64,000 bases of DNA from contig CBDDDG010000010.1 in the NCBI GenBank assembly GCA_965226555.1, forward strand, positions 352,001-416,000, read 5' to 3'. Source of the stretch: Salinispira sp. (GTDB taxonomy: Bacteria; Spirochaetota; Spirochaetia; DSM-27196; Salinispiraceae). This document shows, one piece after another, positions 20,759 through 30,455 of this stretch. Every line of letters starts with the position of its first letter. Position 1 is the first letter of the stretch. The notes under the pieces are model-generated. The model did not search any database. It saw only the letters and a program-made list of their open reading frames with translations, and had not been told where the DNA came from. The translations under genes were made by a program, and so were the position numbers.

Positions 20759-21936
20759 TATCCTGCCTCCTTCGCGTCATTCATGCGATACACAAGCTTC
20801 AGTATTTCGGCCACTGCCTGATAATGCCGTACGGGAACCTGATCGCCCACCTCAACATCCGCATACAGGGCGCGGGCAAGCGGCTTGTTCTCCATAACCG
20901 GCACATCAAATTCAGCAGCAAGCGCCTTTATACGCTCAGCAAGATTATCCTGTCCCTTGGCAACCACCATGGGGGCTTCCATACTCTCCTGGCGATATTC
21001 TAATGCCACAGCATAGTGTGTCGGGTTGGCAACAACGACATCGGCTTGGGGCACATTCCGCATCATGTTCGATTGAAGAATTTCCCGCATTCGCTGACGC
21101 AGACGAGCCTTTACCTGCGGGTCGCCCTCATAGTTTTTCCGTTCTTCCTTCACTTCCTGCTTTGTCATTTTCAATGAATCCCGATGTTTCCGGCGCTGAA
21201 ACCAATAGTCGAGAAAGCTGAAGGCCAGCATAACAATTGCAGCCTCAAGCAGAACAAAAAACGTAATATCGGCTATGAGAAAAAACCCTTCCATAAAGGG
21301 TCGGTATACGAGAGCGACAATTTCACTTAGGCGCGCCCAAATATTGAGCAGGGAAATAGTAATAACAATAACTATTTTGAAAATACTCTTAAAAAGATTA
21401 AACAATGCCTCGCTGGAAAATAATACCCGCTGAAAATATTTGGGGAAATTCGGGCTTATCCGTTTGAAATCCGGCACAATGGGTTTTGTGGTAAAGAGAA
21501 AACCTACTTGAATCACATTACCGAGAAATCCGGCAAGAAGGGTTGCTACAGCTATGGGAAAGAGCATGCGGGTGAAGAATGAAATGAAGGCCTGCGAAAG
21601 AATCATGGTGATATTGGGTTCGGAAATAAAACCGAAATAGTATTTCACCATATCCTGCATGGTTGAAAACATTCCGCGTCCAAGAAGCGCAAGAACAATA
21701 ACACTGCTCAGGAGAACGATGGTTGAGCTCATGTCTGCGCTTTTGGCAACCTTTCCATCTTCCCGGGCCTTGCGGATCTTCTGTTCGGTCGGTTCCTCTG
21801 TCCGCCCCTCATCTTCCGCAGCAAACCACTGGAGTGTCATGGCAGAAAAGGAAATAGTCGCCGGTTTCGGCAGCCTTGTCTGAACTGTTTCCACTGTTTC
21901 CACAGGGGGCATCAGTGCATCAAATATCCTGATCAT
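20758..21936 (-). CDS. flhB: Flagellar export protein FlhB
   Basis: TEEPTEQKIRKARE.G, EGDPQVK, NPTH autocleavage motif. Confidence 0.97.
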   Translation of the reverse strand: MIRIFDALMPPVETVETVQTRLPKPATISFSAMTLQWFAAEDEGRTEEPTEQKIRKAREDGKVAKSADMSSTIVLLSSVIVLALLGRGMFSTMQDMVKYYFGFISEPNITMILSQAFISFFTRMLFPIAVATLLAGFLGNVIQVGFLFTTKPIVPDFKRISPNFPKYFQRVLFSSEALFNLFKSIFKIVIVITISLLNIWARLSEIVALVYRPFMEGFFLIADITFFVLLEAAIVMLAFSFLDYWFQRRKHRDSLKMTKQEVKEERKNYEGDPQVKARLRQRMREILQSNMMRNVPQADVVVANPTHYAVALEYRQESMEAPMVVAKGQDNLAERIKALAAEFDVPVMENKPLARALYADVEVGDQVPVRHYQAVAEILKLVYRMNDAKEAG

Positions 21937-22772
21937 GCCTGTTCTCCCCGTAATTCCAGAAAAATTTGCTCAAGTGTGGAAAAAATATTCTCAAAAATGG
22001 CAGAAAAGGTATTAACTAAGGCGGGCAGAACTAAGAAGAGAATAGAGAAGGTAACCAGAATTGCAAGAGGGAAGCCCAGAATAAGAAGGTTCATCTGCGG
22101 CGCTGCCTTTGCCAGAAGCCCCATTGTAATAGACACGAGAAAGAGAACGCCAAAAATGGGAAAGGACATGGAAAGCGCCTGACGAAAGAGAAGTGAGAGC
22201 CCGCCCGCAAAAACACTTACGAATGAGTCTCGCGCGCGCGCAAGATCAGCCGCGCGAACTGTCTGAAAACTCACCATAACCCCTGTGAAAAAGATTTTCT
22301 GAAATCCATCAATAAGAAGAAAAACGAGCATGGCAGCCAGATTAAAGAACTGCCCCATGAGCGGAACTTCTTCCTGAGCCAGAGGATCAAAAACCGCGCT
22401 TGCTCCGAAACCCATCTGAATGGAAAAAAATTGTCCCGCTGTCTGAAAAGCGGCGGCAACCATCTGAATAAAGAAACCCTGTATGATTCCGATAAAGACT
22501 TCTCCAACAAGAAGAAAAACATAGCGCAAACCAAAATCGACAAGAGCGGCTCCGGCGCTCGGAAGGGCCGTGGAATTCGCCGTTAAGGAAGTAATTTCCG
22601 CAGGGTCAATTACCGGAAGAACCAGCGCCGAAACAAGGAGGCAGAGTCCGACCCGTACCATACCCGGCAAACTACCGGAGGAAAAAAGAGGCGCCGTACT
22701 CAGCATGGCAAATGTACGCGCAAAAATGAGAAAAAATACTGCTGCGCCTGCGCTTACTTCTGTCCAGAACAT
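21933..22772 (-). CDS. fliR: Flagellar export protein FliR
   Basis: Hydrophobic; GQFFSIQMGF, KAAPQMNLLILGFP. Confidence 0.93.
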   Translation of the reverse strand: MFWTEVSAGAAVFFLIFARTFAMLSTAPLFSSGSLPGMVRVGLCLLVSALVLPVIDPAEITSLTANSTALPSAGAALVDFGLRYVFLLVGEVFIGIIQGFFIQMVAAAFQTAGQFFSIQMGFGASAVFDPLAQEEVPLMGQFFNLAAMLVFLLIDGFQKIFFTGVMVSFQTVRAADLARARDSFVSVFAGGLSLLFRQALSMSFPIFGVLFLVSITMGLLAKAAPQMNLLILGFPLAILVTFSILFLVLPALVNTFSAIFENIFSTLEQIFLELRGEQA

Positions 22773-22775
22773 TCC

Positions 22776-23045
22776 CTAGCCTCCAATTACTGAAATTTGG
22801 GTAAAAATTGACTGAGTAAAATTAATAATGGATGCCATCATCCAGGGTCCCAGAAACATAACGGTTACAAATATGGCAACAATTTTTGGAACAAAGGTAA
22901 GTGTCTGCTCCTGAATTGATGTAGTCGCCTGAAAAATGGAAATAATGAGCCCAACAACCACCCCAACAATGAGCAGCGGACCGCTGAGAAGGAGTATCTG
23001 CAGTATACTCGTACGCATTAAATTAATTGCTGTTCCTGTATCCAT
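22776..23045 (-). CDS. fliQ: Flagellar export protein FliQ
   Basis: GLIISIFQATTSIQEQTLTFVPK; likely start MDTG at 23045. Confidence 0.95.
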   Translation of the reverse strand: MDTGTAINLMRTSILQILLLSGPLLIVGVVVGLIISIFQATTSIQEQTLTFVPKIVAIFVTVMFLGPWMMASIINFTQSIFTQISVIGG

Positions 23046-23055
23046 TCTCTCCCTC

Positions 23056-23946
23056 TCAGCTGAATCCTGCGACAAGTTGCTGGGTGATAAGACCCCAACC
23101 GTCAACCAAAACAAAAAGTACCAGCTTAAACGGCAGGGAGATAATAACAGGAGGAAGCATGATCATCCCCATGGACATGAGAGTTGATGCAATAACCATA
23201 TCAATAATTATGAAAGGAATGAATAAAAGAATCCCTATTTGAAATGCAATAGACAACTCGTTGAGAACGAAGGCGGGAATGAGCACATATGTGGGAACAT
23301 CGGCAAGAGTTTCCGGCCGGGGCAGGGAACTCATGCGCATAAACAGGCGGATGTTATCGGAATTGTCCTGCATCTGCCGGTACATAAAAAGACGCATTTC
23401 CCCTTCAAAAACCCCGTAGGCCTGCTGAAAATCGATATCACCTTCAGAAAGGGGAAGAAATCCATCGGTATAAACAGTCTGAATAGTCGGCCACATGATA
23501 AAGAGCGTAAGAAAAAGAGCGATTCCCATGAGTATCTGTGTTGGCGGAACCTGCTGAAGACTGAGCGCCCGTTTTACAAAGTCGAGCACAATGGCAATGC
23601 GGAGGAAGGAGGTCATCATAATAATAATGGAGGGGGCGAGAGAGAGAACGGTAAGCAGCAAAAGCAGCTGCAGAGAAAGAGCGACCTCAGAACCCGATTC
23701 CGGCTGCCGCAGGGAAAGATCAATGAAGGGAATTTGCCCTCCCTGCAGATCGTTAATAAGATTATCCGATGCGGCCGGAAACAGGGCATCGGGAGCAGTT
23801 GTCTGCGCATTCAGTACAAAACCGGAAAGGAGAATTACGGCAGGCACCAAAAACAGAACCTTCATCCTGCCGCCGCATCCGGCAGAAGGCTTGCATCCGG
23901 CAGAAGTCCCGCATCCGGCAGAACGTATAACAGCACCGATATTCAT
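23056..23946 (-). CDS. fliP: Flagellar export protein FliP
   Basis: MTSFLRIAIV, QQVPPTQIL, PAFVLNEL, MGMIMLPPVIISLPFK...DGW. Confidence 0.96.
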   Translation of the reverse strand: MNIGAVIRSAGCGTSAGCKPSAGCGGRMKVLFLVPAVILLSGFVLNAQTTAPDALFPAASDNLINDLQGGQIPFIDLSLRQPESGSEVALSLQLLLLLTVLSLAPSIIIMMTSFLRIAIVLDFVKRALSLQQVPPTQILMGIALFLTLFIMWPTIQTVYTDGFLPLSEGDIDFQQAYGVFEGEMRLFMYRQMQDNSDNIRLFMRMSSLPRPETLADVPTYVLIPAFVLNELSIAFQIGILLFIPFIIIDMVIASTLMSMGMIMLPPVIISLPFKLVLFVLVDGWGLITQQLVAGFS

Positions 23947-24560
23947 AACTTTTTCAACCTCTTGCGCTGCTGATGAAGAAAACTAAAGCCGTTACCCGAC
24001 AGTTGATCCGGTGTGGATTGCGCGGAATTTCCGGTACTGTTCCTGAGAAAAAAGGTGTTCATTAGCTGTGAAAAACTTCGGGGACGCAGAGCCTGACGAC
24101 TGGATTCCAGACGAAGGGCATCTATGGTCGGCTTATCGTCAATTTCGGTAATGAGAGACAGACTGCCGTCACCGGCTCCAAGGAGATATACATGCCCGGC
24201 AACATCAATAATATAAAGCTGGCGCCCGCCCGGAAGTGTCTGCGTGCTGAGAACTGAAATAAAACTGCTCTCATCTTCCAGAACTTTTTTACTTCGCCGG
24301 AGGAAGAAATAGAGGACGTAGATCATTCCAACGACGAGGGCAAGGACAAGCACCATGCGTATGAGGTCGCCAAAACCAAAGACCTGCACGGGTTGATCGC
24401 CTTCTTCCGCGGCTTGGGAATCGTCGGAGAATGTAAGGGTAATTTCAGATTCGTTGTTAGCGGATGCTGCCGATTCATTTTCCGGAACCTCCTGTGAAAA
24501 AACTGACACAGAAACCGACACAGAAATGAAAAGCAGCACAATAAAAATTGCTCGTTTCAG
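23943..24560 (-). CDS. fliO: FliO/FliZ family protein
   Basis: Position upstream of fliP; TM then TQTLPGGRQLYIIDVAGHVYLLGAG...ITEI; start ambiguous (CTG 24560 after GGGAGG, or GTG 24539). Confidence 0.85.
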   Translation of the reverse strand: MKRAIFIVLLFISVSVSVSVFSQEVPENESAASANNESEITLTFSDDSQAAEEGDQPVQVFGFGDLIRMVLVLALVVGMIYVLYFFLRRSKKVLEDESSFISVLSTQTLPGGRQLYIIDVAGHVYLLGAGDGSLSLITEIDDKPTIDALRLESSRQALRPRSFSQLMNTFFLRNSTGNSAQSTPDQLSGNGFSFLHQQRKRLKKL

Positions 24561-24622
24561 TTTTCCCCTCCCAAAGAAACTGAATGGAAGCAGTCTGTTT
24601 CATGCTTCCGATTGCTTCAGTT

Positions 24623-24739
24623 GAAACTTTTGCATTGGAAAATTGTGCTTGCGCAATTTCCAGTAGCAAAAATTTCTGATTCGGAATGCTTCTTAGCATT
24701 CTCTCATTTTATATAAAGCTTTACATTTTACAAAACTTC
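24623..24739 (-). repeat. Composite palindromic element P3
   Basis: Degenerate short hairpin + GAATGCT/AGCATTC spacer + long hairpin. Confidence 0.85.
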
Positions 24740-24767
24740 AGGGAATTATATACAATGTTGCCATGGC

Positions 24768-25055
24768 TTAAACATTTTTTCGCTGAAATTCTTCAAAGGT
24801 AATTTCCCAACCACCGCGACCGCTTTCCTGATTACATGGCTGTACTTTACCATCAGCATGCAATTTATTGAGCAACCCCGTGACAATAGCATCATTCATG
24901 GCATTTTTAAGCCCGCGACCCCTGTAAATGCCCGCACGCCTACTTATTTCAGCAGCTCCAATACAATCGCCTTTCAACCTTGCGGTTGTTAAGACGCCAA
25001 TGATAGCCTATTCCAAAAGAAACTGACCTCCCGCTGATAAACCTTTGTTGTTCAT
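24768..25055 (-). pseudogene. Small putative DNA-binding (wHTH-like) protein with one in-frame TAG
   Basis: ATG 25055 overlaps the MTase stop (ATGA); 96-codon frame MNNKGLSAGGQFLLE*AIIGVL...GAAEISRRAG...GWEI with TAG at 25008-25010. Confidence 0.55.
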
Positions 25056-25975
25056 ACACACTCTCCTAAAATTCGTTTTTGGATGACTGCTATCATATCC
25101 TTATCAAGTTCATATCCTTTACACTTTCTTCCTTCGGACAATGCAGAAATGGCAGTTGTACCAGTTCCCATAAACGGGTCAAGTACCGTATCAGTTTCAT
25201 TACTGAATATCCGTATTAAATGTCGGCATAAATCAACTGGTTTAACAGTCATGTGTCCGTGTTTTTCCCGCGGTTTCTTGCATGGAATAACATTTGCTGG
25301 AAAATATTCAGGTTCAATCAATGGATTATCTGTATTTATCAGCCCCGTTTTGTGCGTCATCCAATTTTTAATAAACGTACCTTCCCGCGGTTTTTGAGCA
25401 ACAATAATTAGCTCCATACGCGGTTTTAATTGTGGAGTTTTCCGCCCGCCCAATTCCGCTATCATTTCTTTTTTTCTTTGTTCTGGAATGTTCATTTTTC
25501 TTACAAAGTGATCTTGCTTAAATGCCTTTGCCTGTCCTTCATATCTCCACGCGATCATATCCCGTATTTCAAATCCAATATCCTCTAATGCTATCGCCGC
25601 TCGATGCACCAACCGCGGTTGACTGAAACACAACATAAACCCGCCCGGCTTTAAAACACGATAACATTCTTTTCCAACTTTACTCAAAAATTTTTGGAGC
25701 CGTTTACCCTGTTCAGGGTCAAATTTTTGTCCAGCCGGTATACCACCGACTACTCCTGGCTTAACCCGCTTATGGAGTTTGCTATTATTCCAATCATCGC
25801 CCATTCCGTCTATGAAATATGGAGGGTCTGTGAATATTAAAGATATTTCATTGTCATCAATCTGAGGCATTTTTTCGCATGATCTATTGTAAATTCGGTA
25901 CTTATCACCATCCTCAATTCCTTTCCTTTTCTTTGTTTTTACGATTGCCTTTCCCAATTCTTCAACATCTATCAT
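25052..25975 (-). CDS. Site-specific amino (N6-A/N4-C) DNA methyltransferase, beta class
   Basis: TDPPY motif IV precedes DPFMGTGTT motif I; RVLKPGG, H.TVKPVDL. Confidence 0.93.
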   Translation of the reverse strand: MIDVEELGKAIVKTKKRKGIEDGDKYRIYNRSCEKMPQIDDNEISLIFTDPPYFIDGMGDDWNNSKLHKRVKPGVVGGIPAGQKFDPEQGKRLQKFLSKVGKECYRVLKPGGFMLCFSQPRLVHRAAIALEDIGFEIRDMIAWRYEGQAKAFKQDHFVRKMNIPEQRKKEMIAELGGRKTPQLKPRMELIIVAQKPREGTFIKNWMTHKTGLINTDNPLIEPEYFPANVIPCKKPREKHGHMTVKPVDLCRHLIRIFSNETDTVLDPFMGTGTTAISALSEGRKCKGYELDKDMIAVIQKRILGECV

Positions 25976-25993
25976 GCTATTAGTTCCTTATAG

Positions 25994-26045
25994 AAAGTTT
26001 TGCTCCTGGAAATTGCGCAAGCGCAATTTTCCAATGCAAAACTTT
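25994..26045 (+). repeat. Palindromic element P4 (52 bp)
   Basis: AAAGTTTTGCTCCTGGAAATTGCGCAAGCGCAATTTTCCAATGCAAAACTTT. Confidence 0.9.
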
Positions 26046-26092
26046 GTTATATTTGGTAACATTGTATATAATTCCCAAACTATTGTAATAGT

Positions 26093-27196
26093 CTACGATA
26101 TTGTATTCATTCTTTCCATAGGTGATACAATTTCCGTAACACGAACCCCGAAATTCTCATCAATAACGACAACTTCGCCCTTTGCGATGAGTTTATGGTT
26201 CACAAGAATATCAACAGGCTCTCCCGCAAGCTTGTCCAATTCAATAATTGTTCCCTCACCCATTCCTAAAATATCTTTAATGAGCTTTTTTGTTCTTCCC
26301 AGTTCAACAGTCATTTCCATGCTCACATCCATGAGCAGGCCGATGTTGGTCTGTTCTCCTGTGTTTATTCCACCGCTCAAACTGGGGAACTGTACACCCT
26401 GAATGACGGCGGATGGAGCGGCGGAGCCCATTGCCGCGCCTGTTCCGGCGGCACCCGCAGGTTGTTGCTTCATGGCGCCGTTATTCATGGTTCCGTTCCC
26501 TTGCATGGGAATGGTATGCGCAGGGTTCGCGGATGCGGGGTTCATTGCCGACTGCGCATGCGCTAAAGTATTAACAACCATGGCAGCAATGGCCCCAGCG
26601 CTGAAGTATTCAATGATAGTGCCAATATCGCTCCCATCGATCCCGAGCGAATAAATTAATCGCACAAATTTCCCGTGGAAATTGAGATCATTTTTCGATC
26701 TGATCCCTCCTGAAGGAAGGTTGGTCATAAATGATTCACCGCTTTTTTCCGAGATAGCCGTGAGCAGCGGGGTAAACATACTCTGAATACCTTCCTGAAG
26801 GGCATTTATAGATGCCTCATCCAGCTCAACTCCTTCCATTCCCTGAATGGAAGAGGCAATGCTCATTGCCAGCTTGGGTTCCATGAGAAAACCATGTTCA
26901 TCGCCACTATTAAAATCCAACACGACATTCAGAATCTCATCGCCAAGATTAGCGGCGATCATCTCACCATTCACCTGATCAATCTGCGGTTGACCCAGAG
27001 TAACCGATTTACCGAGAAGCAGCGCAAGACTCGCGCTCATTTCTTCAGTTACACCTCTGACAATGGAGGAAAATTCCTGAAATTGAGAATCGCTTAGGTC
27101 AGAAGGAGGGGGAGGCACCGGTTCAGCAACCTCCACACCGCCCGCGCCCTGCAACAGGGCATCAATCTCTTCCTGTGAGAGTGAACCATCACTCAT
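26093..27196 (-). CDS. fliY: Flagellar switch protein FliY/FliN
   Basis: LSQEEIDALL N-terminus, CheC-like middle, C-terminal SpoA domain (LDKLAGEPVDILVN...GEVVVIDENFGVRV). Confidence 0.9.
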   Translation of the reverse strand: MSDGSLSQEEIDALLQGAGGVEVAEPVPPPPSDLSDSQFQEFSSIVRGVTEEMSASLALLLGKSVTLGQPQIDQVNGEMIAANLGDEILNVVLDFNSGDEHGFLMEPKLAMSIASSIQGMEGVELDEASINALQEGIQSMFTPLLTAISEKSGESFMTNLPSGGIRSKNDLNFHGKFVRLIYSLGIDGSDIGTIIEYFSAGAIAAMVVNTLAHAQSAMNPASANPAHTIPMQGNGTMNNGAMKQQPAGAAGTGAAMGSAAPSAVIQGVQFPSLSGGINTGEQTNIGLLMDVSMEMTVELGRTKKLIKDILGMGEGTIIELDKLAGEPVDILVNHKLIAKGEVVVIDENFGVRVTEIVSPMERMNTIS

Positions 27197-27239
27197 AAAT
27201 TACTCCTCATCGGCACTATGATTTTGCAAGATATTCCCT

Positions 27240-28277
27240 TCATTCCAATTCTTCAACTTCGGGCGCGAGTTCTTCAAATTCGCTCTGCTCAATATCCTCA
27301 AGCTGCTTAACAATTTGAACAACAATTTGCTTACCCTGACGCCCCGGTTTGCAAAGAAATTTTGTTCGGTTTCCAACATTCAGATTCATTTCATCACTTA
27401 TTCTAACATTCGGCAAACGAACAACATCTCCTGAGTGTAAAGATAATACTTCACGAACGCTAAGATTGGTTCGACCAATTTCTGCCACAATATCGACATT
27501 AATGGTTGCAAGACGTTCCCGCAGAATGCGCATATTCTCCGTGGTTGTGCCTCGGCGGACAGCCGAGTACCAGTACTGGGCGGAAAGTTTGGAGATAATG
27601 GGTTCAATGGTCAGATAGGGAATGCAGAAATTCATCATACCATCAACTTCGCCCACCTTGGTTTCAAGAGTAACCAGAATAACCATTTCAGTTGGCGGAA
27701 CGATCTGCGCAAACTGCGGATTTGTTTCAATTTGACTGAGACGGGGGCGTAAATCGACAACCTGATTCCATGCCTCCCGCATATTTCCGAGAATCCTGAC
27801 AATAATACCTTCCATTACCGTTGTTTCAATATCGGTGAGGTCCCGCGCCACTTTGATTTCTTCTCCCTGCCCGCCAAACAGGCGATCAATAATAGCAAAG
27901 GTAATGGACGGGTCAATCTCCAGAATTCCCGAACCCTTCAGAGGATCCATATTGATAACTGCCATAGTGGCAGGGTTTGGAATGGATCGGACAAATTCCT
28001 CATAGGTTAACTGATCAACACTCGCAACATGAACCTGAACAAGGCTCCGCAGATTCGCGGACAGCGAAGTTGTGGTGAGCCGGGCAAAGGTTTCGTGCAT
28101 TATGGAAACAGTGCGCATCTGCTCTTTGGAGAATTTATCGGGACGCTTGAAGTCATATATTTTGATCTTGCGAGTGTCCTGCTGGGTGGTAATTTGATCT
28201 TCAGTTACTCCAACATCGCCAGAGGAGATTGCTGTTAATAATTGATCAATCTCATCCTGAGACAAAACTTCAGTCAT
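27240..28277 (-). CDS. fliM: Flagellar switch protein FliM
   Basis: VLSQDEIDQLL, YDFKRPDKFSK, ETNPQF. Confidence 0.96.
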   Translation of the reverse strand: MTEVLSQDEIDQLLTAISSGDVGVTEDQITTQQDTRKIKIYDFKRPDKFSKEQMRTVSIMHETFARLTTTSLSANLRSLVQVHVASVDQLTYEEFVRSIPNPATMAVINMDPLKGSGILEIDPSITFAIIDRLFGGQGEEIKVARDLTDIETTVMEGIIVRILGNMREAWNQVVDLRPRLSQIETNPQFAQIVPPTEMVILVTLETKVGEVDGMMNFCIPYLTIEPIISKLSAQYWYSAVRRGTTTENMRILRERLATINVDIVAEIGRTNLSVREVLSLHSGDVVRLPNVRISDEMNLNVGNRTKFLCKPGRQGKQIVVQIVKQLEDIEQSEFEELAPEVEELE

Positions 28278-28357
28278 GGAAGTCTCCCCGCGCATAATGC
28301 AACGCGTATGGAAATAAGTATCTCATAATTTTTGATTATAGGCAACTGGCAATATAA

Positions 28358-28918
28358 TCAGAAATCGAGGATTTGATACTGAGTAAAGGCGACGGTCTCA
28401 ATTTCCGGCACAATCTTTTTGAGATCGGCCAGAAGCCGCCTGCGAATTTCTTCCCGGTTAGTAATGTTCTGCAGATACTCCGCGCTCCTGGAGGCAAACC
28501 ACACGTTTAACATGTCGGTAACGGGTATTGTCTGATCGCCAATTTTGACAGATGTTCCGGTGTTGTCTTTTTCATAGCCAAGACGAACCTCAATAACAAA
28601 GGTGCGCGAAACCTGATCGTTTGTAACACCCCTGAGCTCGGGTATTTCCTCATACCAAGAATATACCGGAGGAGGACCCTCATACGATTCAGAACGCGGT
28701 ATGCGGTTCTGGCTCCGCTGTCCCGCGCCCATAATGTTGATCGTGATAACCACCACTGTTACAATAAAAATAATGGTGCCAACAATAATCGCAATCCATT
28801 TCAATATCTGAATAACAACAGTAGGCATGAGTCCACCTTTTATCGGAACATCTACCTCCTCGGGAGCTTCTTCATTCAGTAAATCAGTACCATCACCATC
28901 TAAAAAATCATCACCCAT
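28358..28918 (-). CDS. fliL: Flagellar basal body-associated FliL
   Basis: Single TM; located between motB and fliM. Confidence 0.8.
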   Translation of the reverse strand: MGDDFLDGDGTDLLNEEAPEEVDVPIKGGLMPTVVIQILKWIAIIVGTIIFIVTVVVITINIMGAGQRSQNRIPRSESYEGPPPVYSWYEEIPELRGVTNDQVSRTFVIEVRLGYEKDNTGTSVKIGDQTIPVTDMLNVWFASRSAEYLQNITNREEIRRRLLADLKKIVPEIETVAFTQYQILDF

Positions 28919-28932
28919 GCTTTTTCTCCTTT

Positions 28933-29673
28933 TTACAGATTACCTTCTGAAACAATAACAACATCAACTCTTCTATTATATGCCCTGCCCTCGGGAGTAT
29001 CATTCGCAACAATCGGACGGTACTCACCATAGCTCAGGATCTGAAATTGGCTTTCGGGCGCTCCAAACTGCGTAAGAAGGAGCATTGTGTTGAGCGCCCG
29101 TTCTGCTCCGAGATGCCAGTTTGATGCCCAAATATCGTTGGGGCCGCCGGTGGGGAAACTATCGGTATTTCCCTCAATTCTGAAATATCGATCCGAAAGA
29201 TAGGGCTCGGAAAGCAGAATGGCAAGTTTCTGCAAAACATCTCGTGTGTCTTCCAAACGAATGTCCGCGCTGCTAACATCGAAAAAGGCATCGGAGGCGA
29301 GCGAAATGACAAGCCCTCGTTCATCTTCAGTTATCCGCACCTGCTGGCTACGGATTTCAGGCTCAAAAAGGCTGACGGCTACCCGCCTTGCCTTCGCCAG
29401 TGACCTGCCGATTTGTTGCGATGGCAGCCGCTCAATGGTATGACCCAATTCGGCAAGACGTCCGGATTCAAGGGTATTTCCGCCGTCAAGGTTTCCGAGC
29501 CCCTGAAAGGCTGCAAGTATTAGTTGGAATTCATAGCCGTCGATAGTGGCGGTTGTGTACAAAAGCACAAAGAATGCGAGGAGCAGAGTTACCATATCGC
29601 CATAAGTAACCATGAACTCCGGAGCGCTTTTTGGACAGGTTGGACATTTTTTATTCATTTTTCTGTTATTCAT
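28933..29673 (-). CDS. motB: Flagellar stator MotB
   Basis: TYGDMVTLLLAFFVLL TM, OmpA-like domain (SNWHLGAERA, GRAYNRRVD). Confidence 0.95.
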   Translation of the reverse strand: MNNRKMNKKCPTCPKSAPEFMVTYGDMVTLLLAFFVLLYTTATIDGYEFQLILAAFQGLGNLDGGNTLESGRLAELGHTIERLPSQQIGRSLAKARRVAVSLFEPEIRSQQVRITEDERGLVISLASDAFFDVSSADIRLEDTRDVLQKLAILLSEPYLSDRYFRIEGNTDSFPTGGPNDIWASNWHLGAERALNTMLLLTQFGAPESQFQILSYGEYRPIVANDTPEGRAYNRRVDVVIVSEGNL

Positions 29674-30449
29674 TGATAGGCCTCCGCCCGGGCAGGTTCG
29701 CGTTCGGAAGGCGACAGGAAGCTCAAAAGTTTTTCCATGAGAATGCGGGGATTATCGCCAGCCTGAATGGACAAAACACCTTCAATGATTATTTCCTTCG
29801 ACCGGGTTTCATACTTATCGCGATCGGTAAGCTTTTGTTTGATGGGATTCATAAAGATATTTGCGATGATTGTACCATACATTGTTGTTATGAGGGCAGT
29901 TGCCATTCCCTGGGCAATGCCTGCGGTGTTATCAAGATTCGCCAACATGGCAATGAGCCCGATAAGCGTACCGATCATACCATATGCGGGCGCAATTGAT
30001 CCCCAGAAAGAGAACAGTTCAATGCCATCTCGGTGTCGTTCCTGAATTTGATTAAGCTCGGTATAGAGAATGTTTTTGATGATATCCGGATCAGTTCCAT
30101 CAACAACAAGCTGAATACCCTTCCGGAGAAAATCATTATCCATATCATCCAGAGTATCTTCCAGAGAGAGCAGCCCCTCCCTCCGCGCATGCTCGGCATA
30201 GGAAACGAGATCGGTGATAAGCCTGTTCTCGCCAAAGTCGGGCGTAATCAGAAAAATACCGAGATATCTTCCAAGTTTCAGCATTCTGTTCAGGGGAACG
30301 GAAACAAGAACGCTCCCGATAGACCCTCCAACCACAATGAGAAAGGAGGGCACATGCACATAATAGGAAAATCCTACCCCGCCAACAACGATCCCGAAGA
30401 TAACCATAGCCAATCCGAGAATAGCGCCAATTATACTCGCAAAATCCAT
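29670..30449 (-). CDS. motA: Flagellar stator MotA
   Basis: ARREGLLSLE, APAYGMIGTLIGLI, ALITTMYG. Confidence 0.95.
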   Translation of the reverse strand: MDFASIIGAILGLAMVIFGIVVGGVGFSYYVHVPSFLIVVGGSIGSVLVSVPLNRMLKLGRYLGIFLITPDFGENRLITDLVSYAEHARREGLLSLEDTLDDMDNDFLRKGIQLVVDGTDPDIIKNILYTELNQIQERHRDGIELFSFWGSIAPAYGMIGTLIGLIAMLANLDNTAGIAQGMATALITTMYGTIIANIFMNPIKQKLTDRDKYETRSKEIIIEGVLSIQAGDNPRILMEKLLSFLSPSEREPARAEAYQ

Positions 30450-30455
30450 AGGGCT

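Noticed and set aside
25052..25975. Complete type II restriction-modification system
   Set aside because: No endonuclease-sized partner ORF; the only neighbour is a 96-codon interrupted gene
24623..26045. Integron cassette with attC sites
   Set aside because: Hairpins lack proper RYYYAAC/GTTRRRY ends, the two flanks are inverted rather than direct, and no integrase is present
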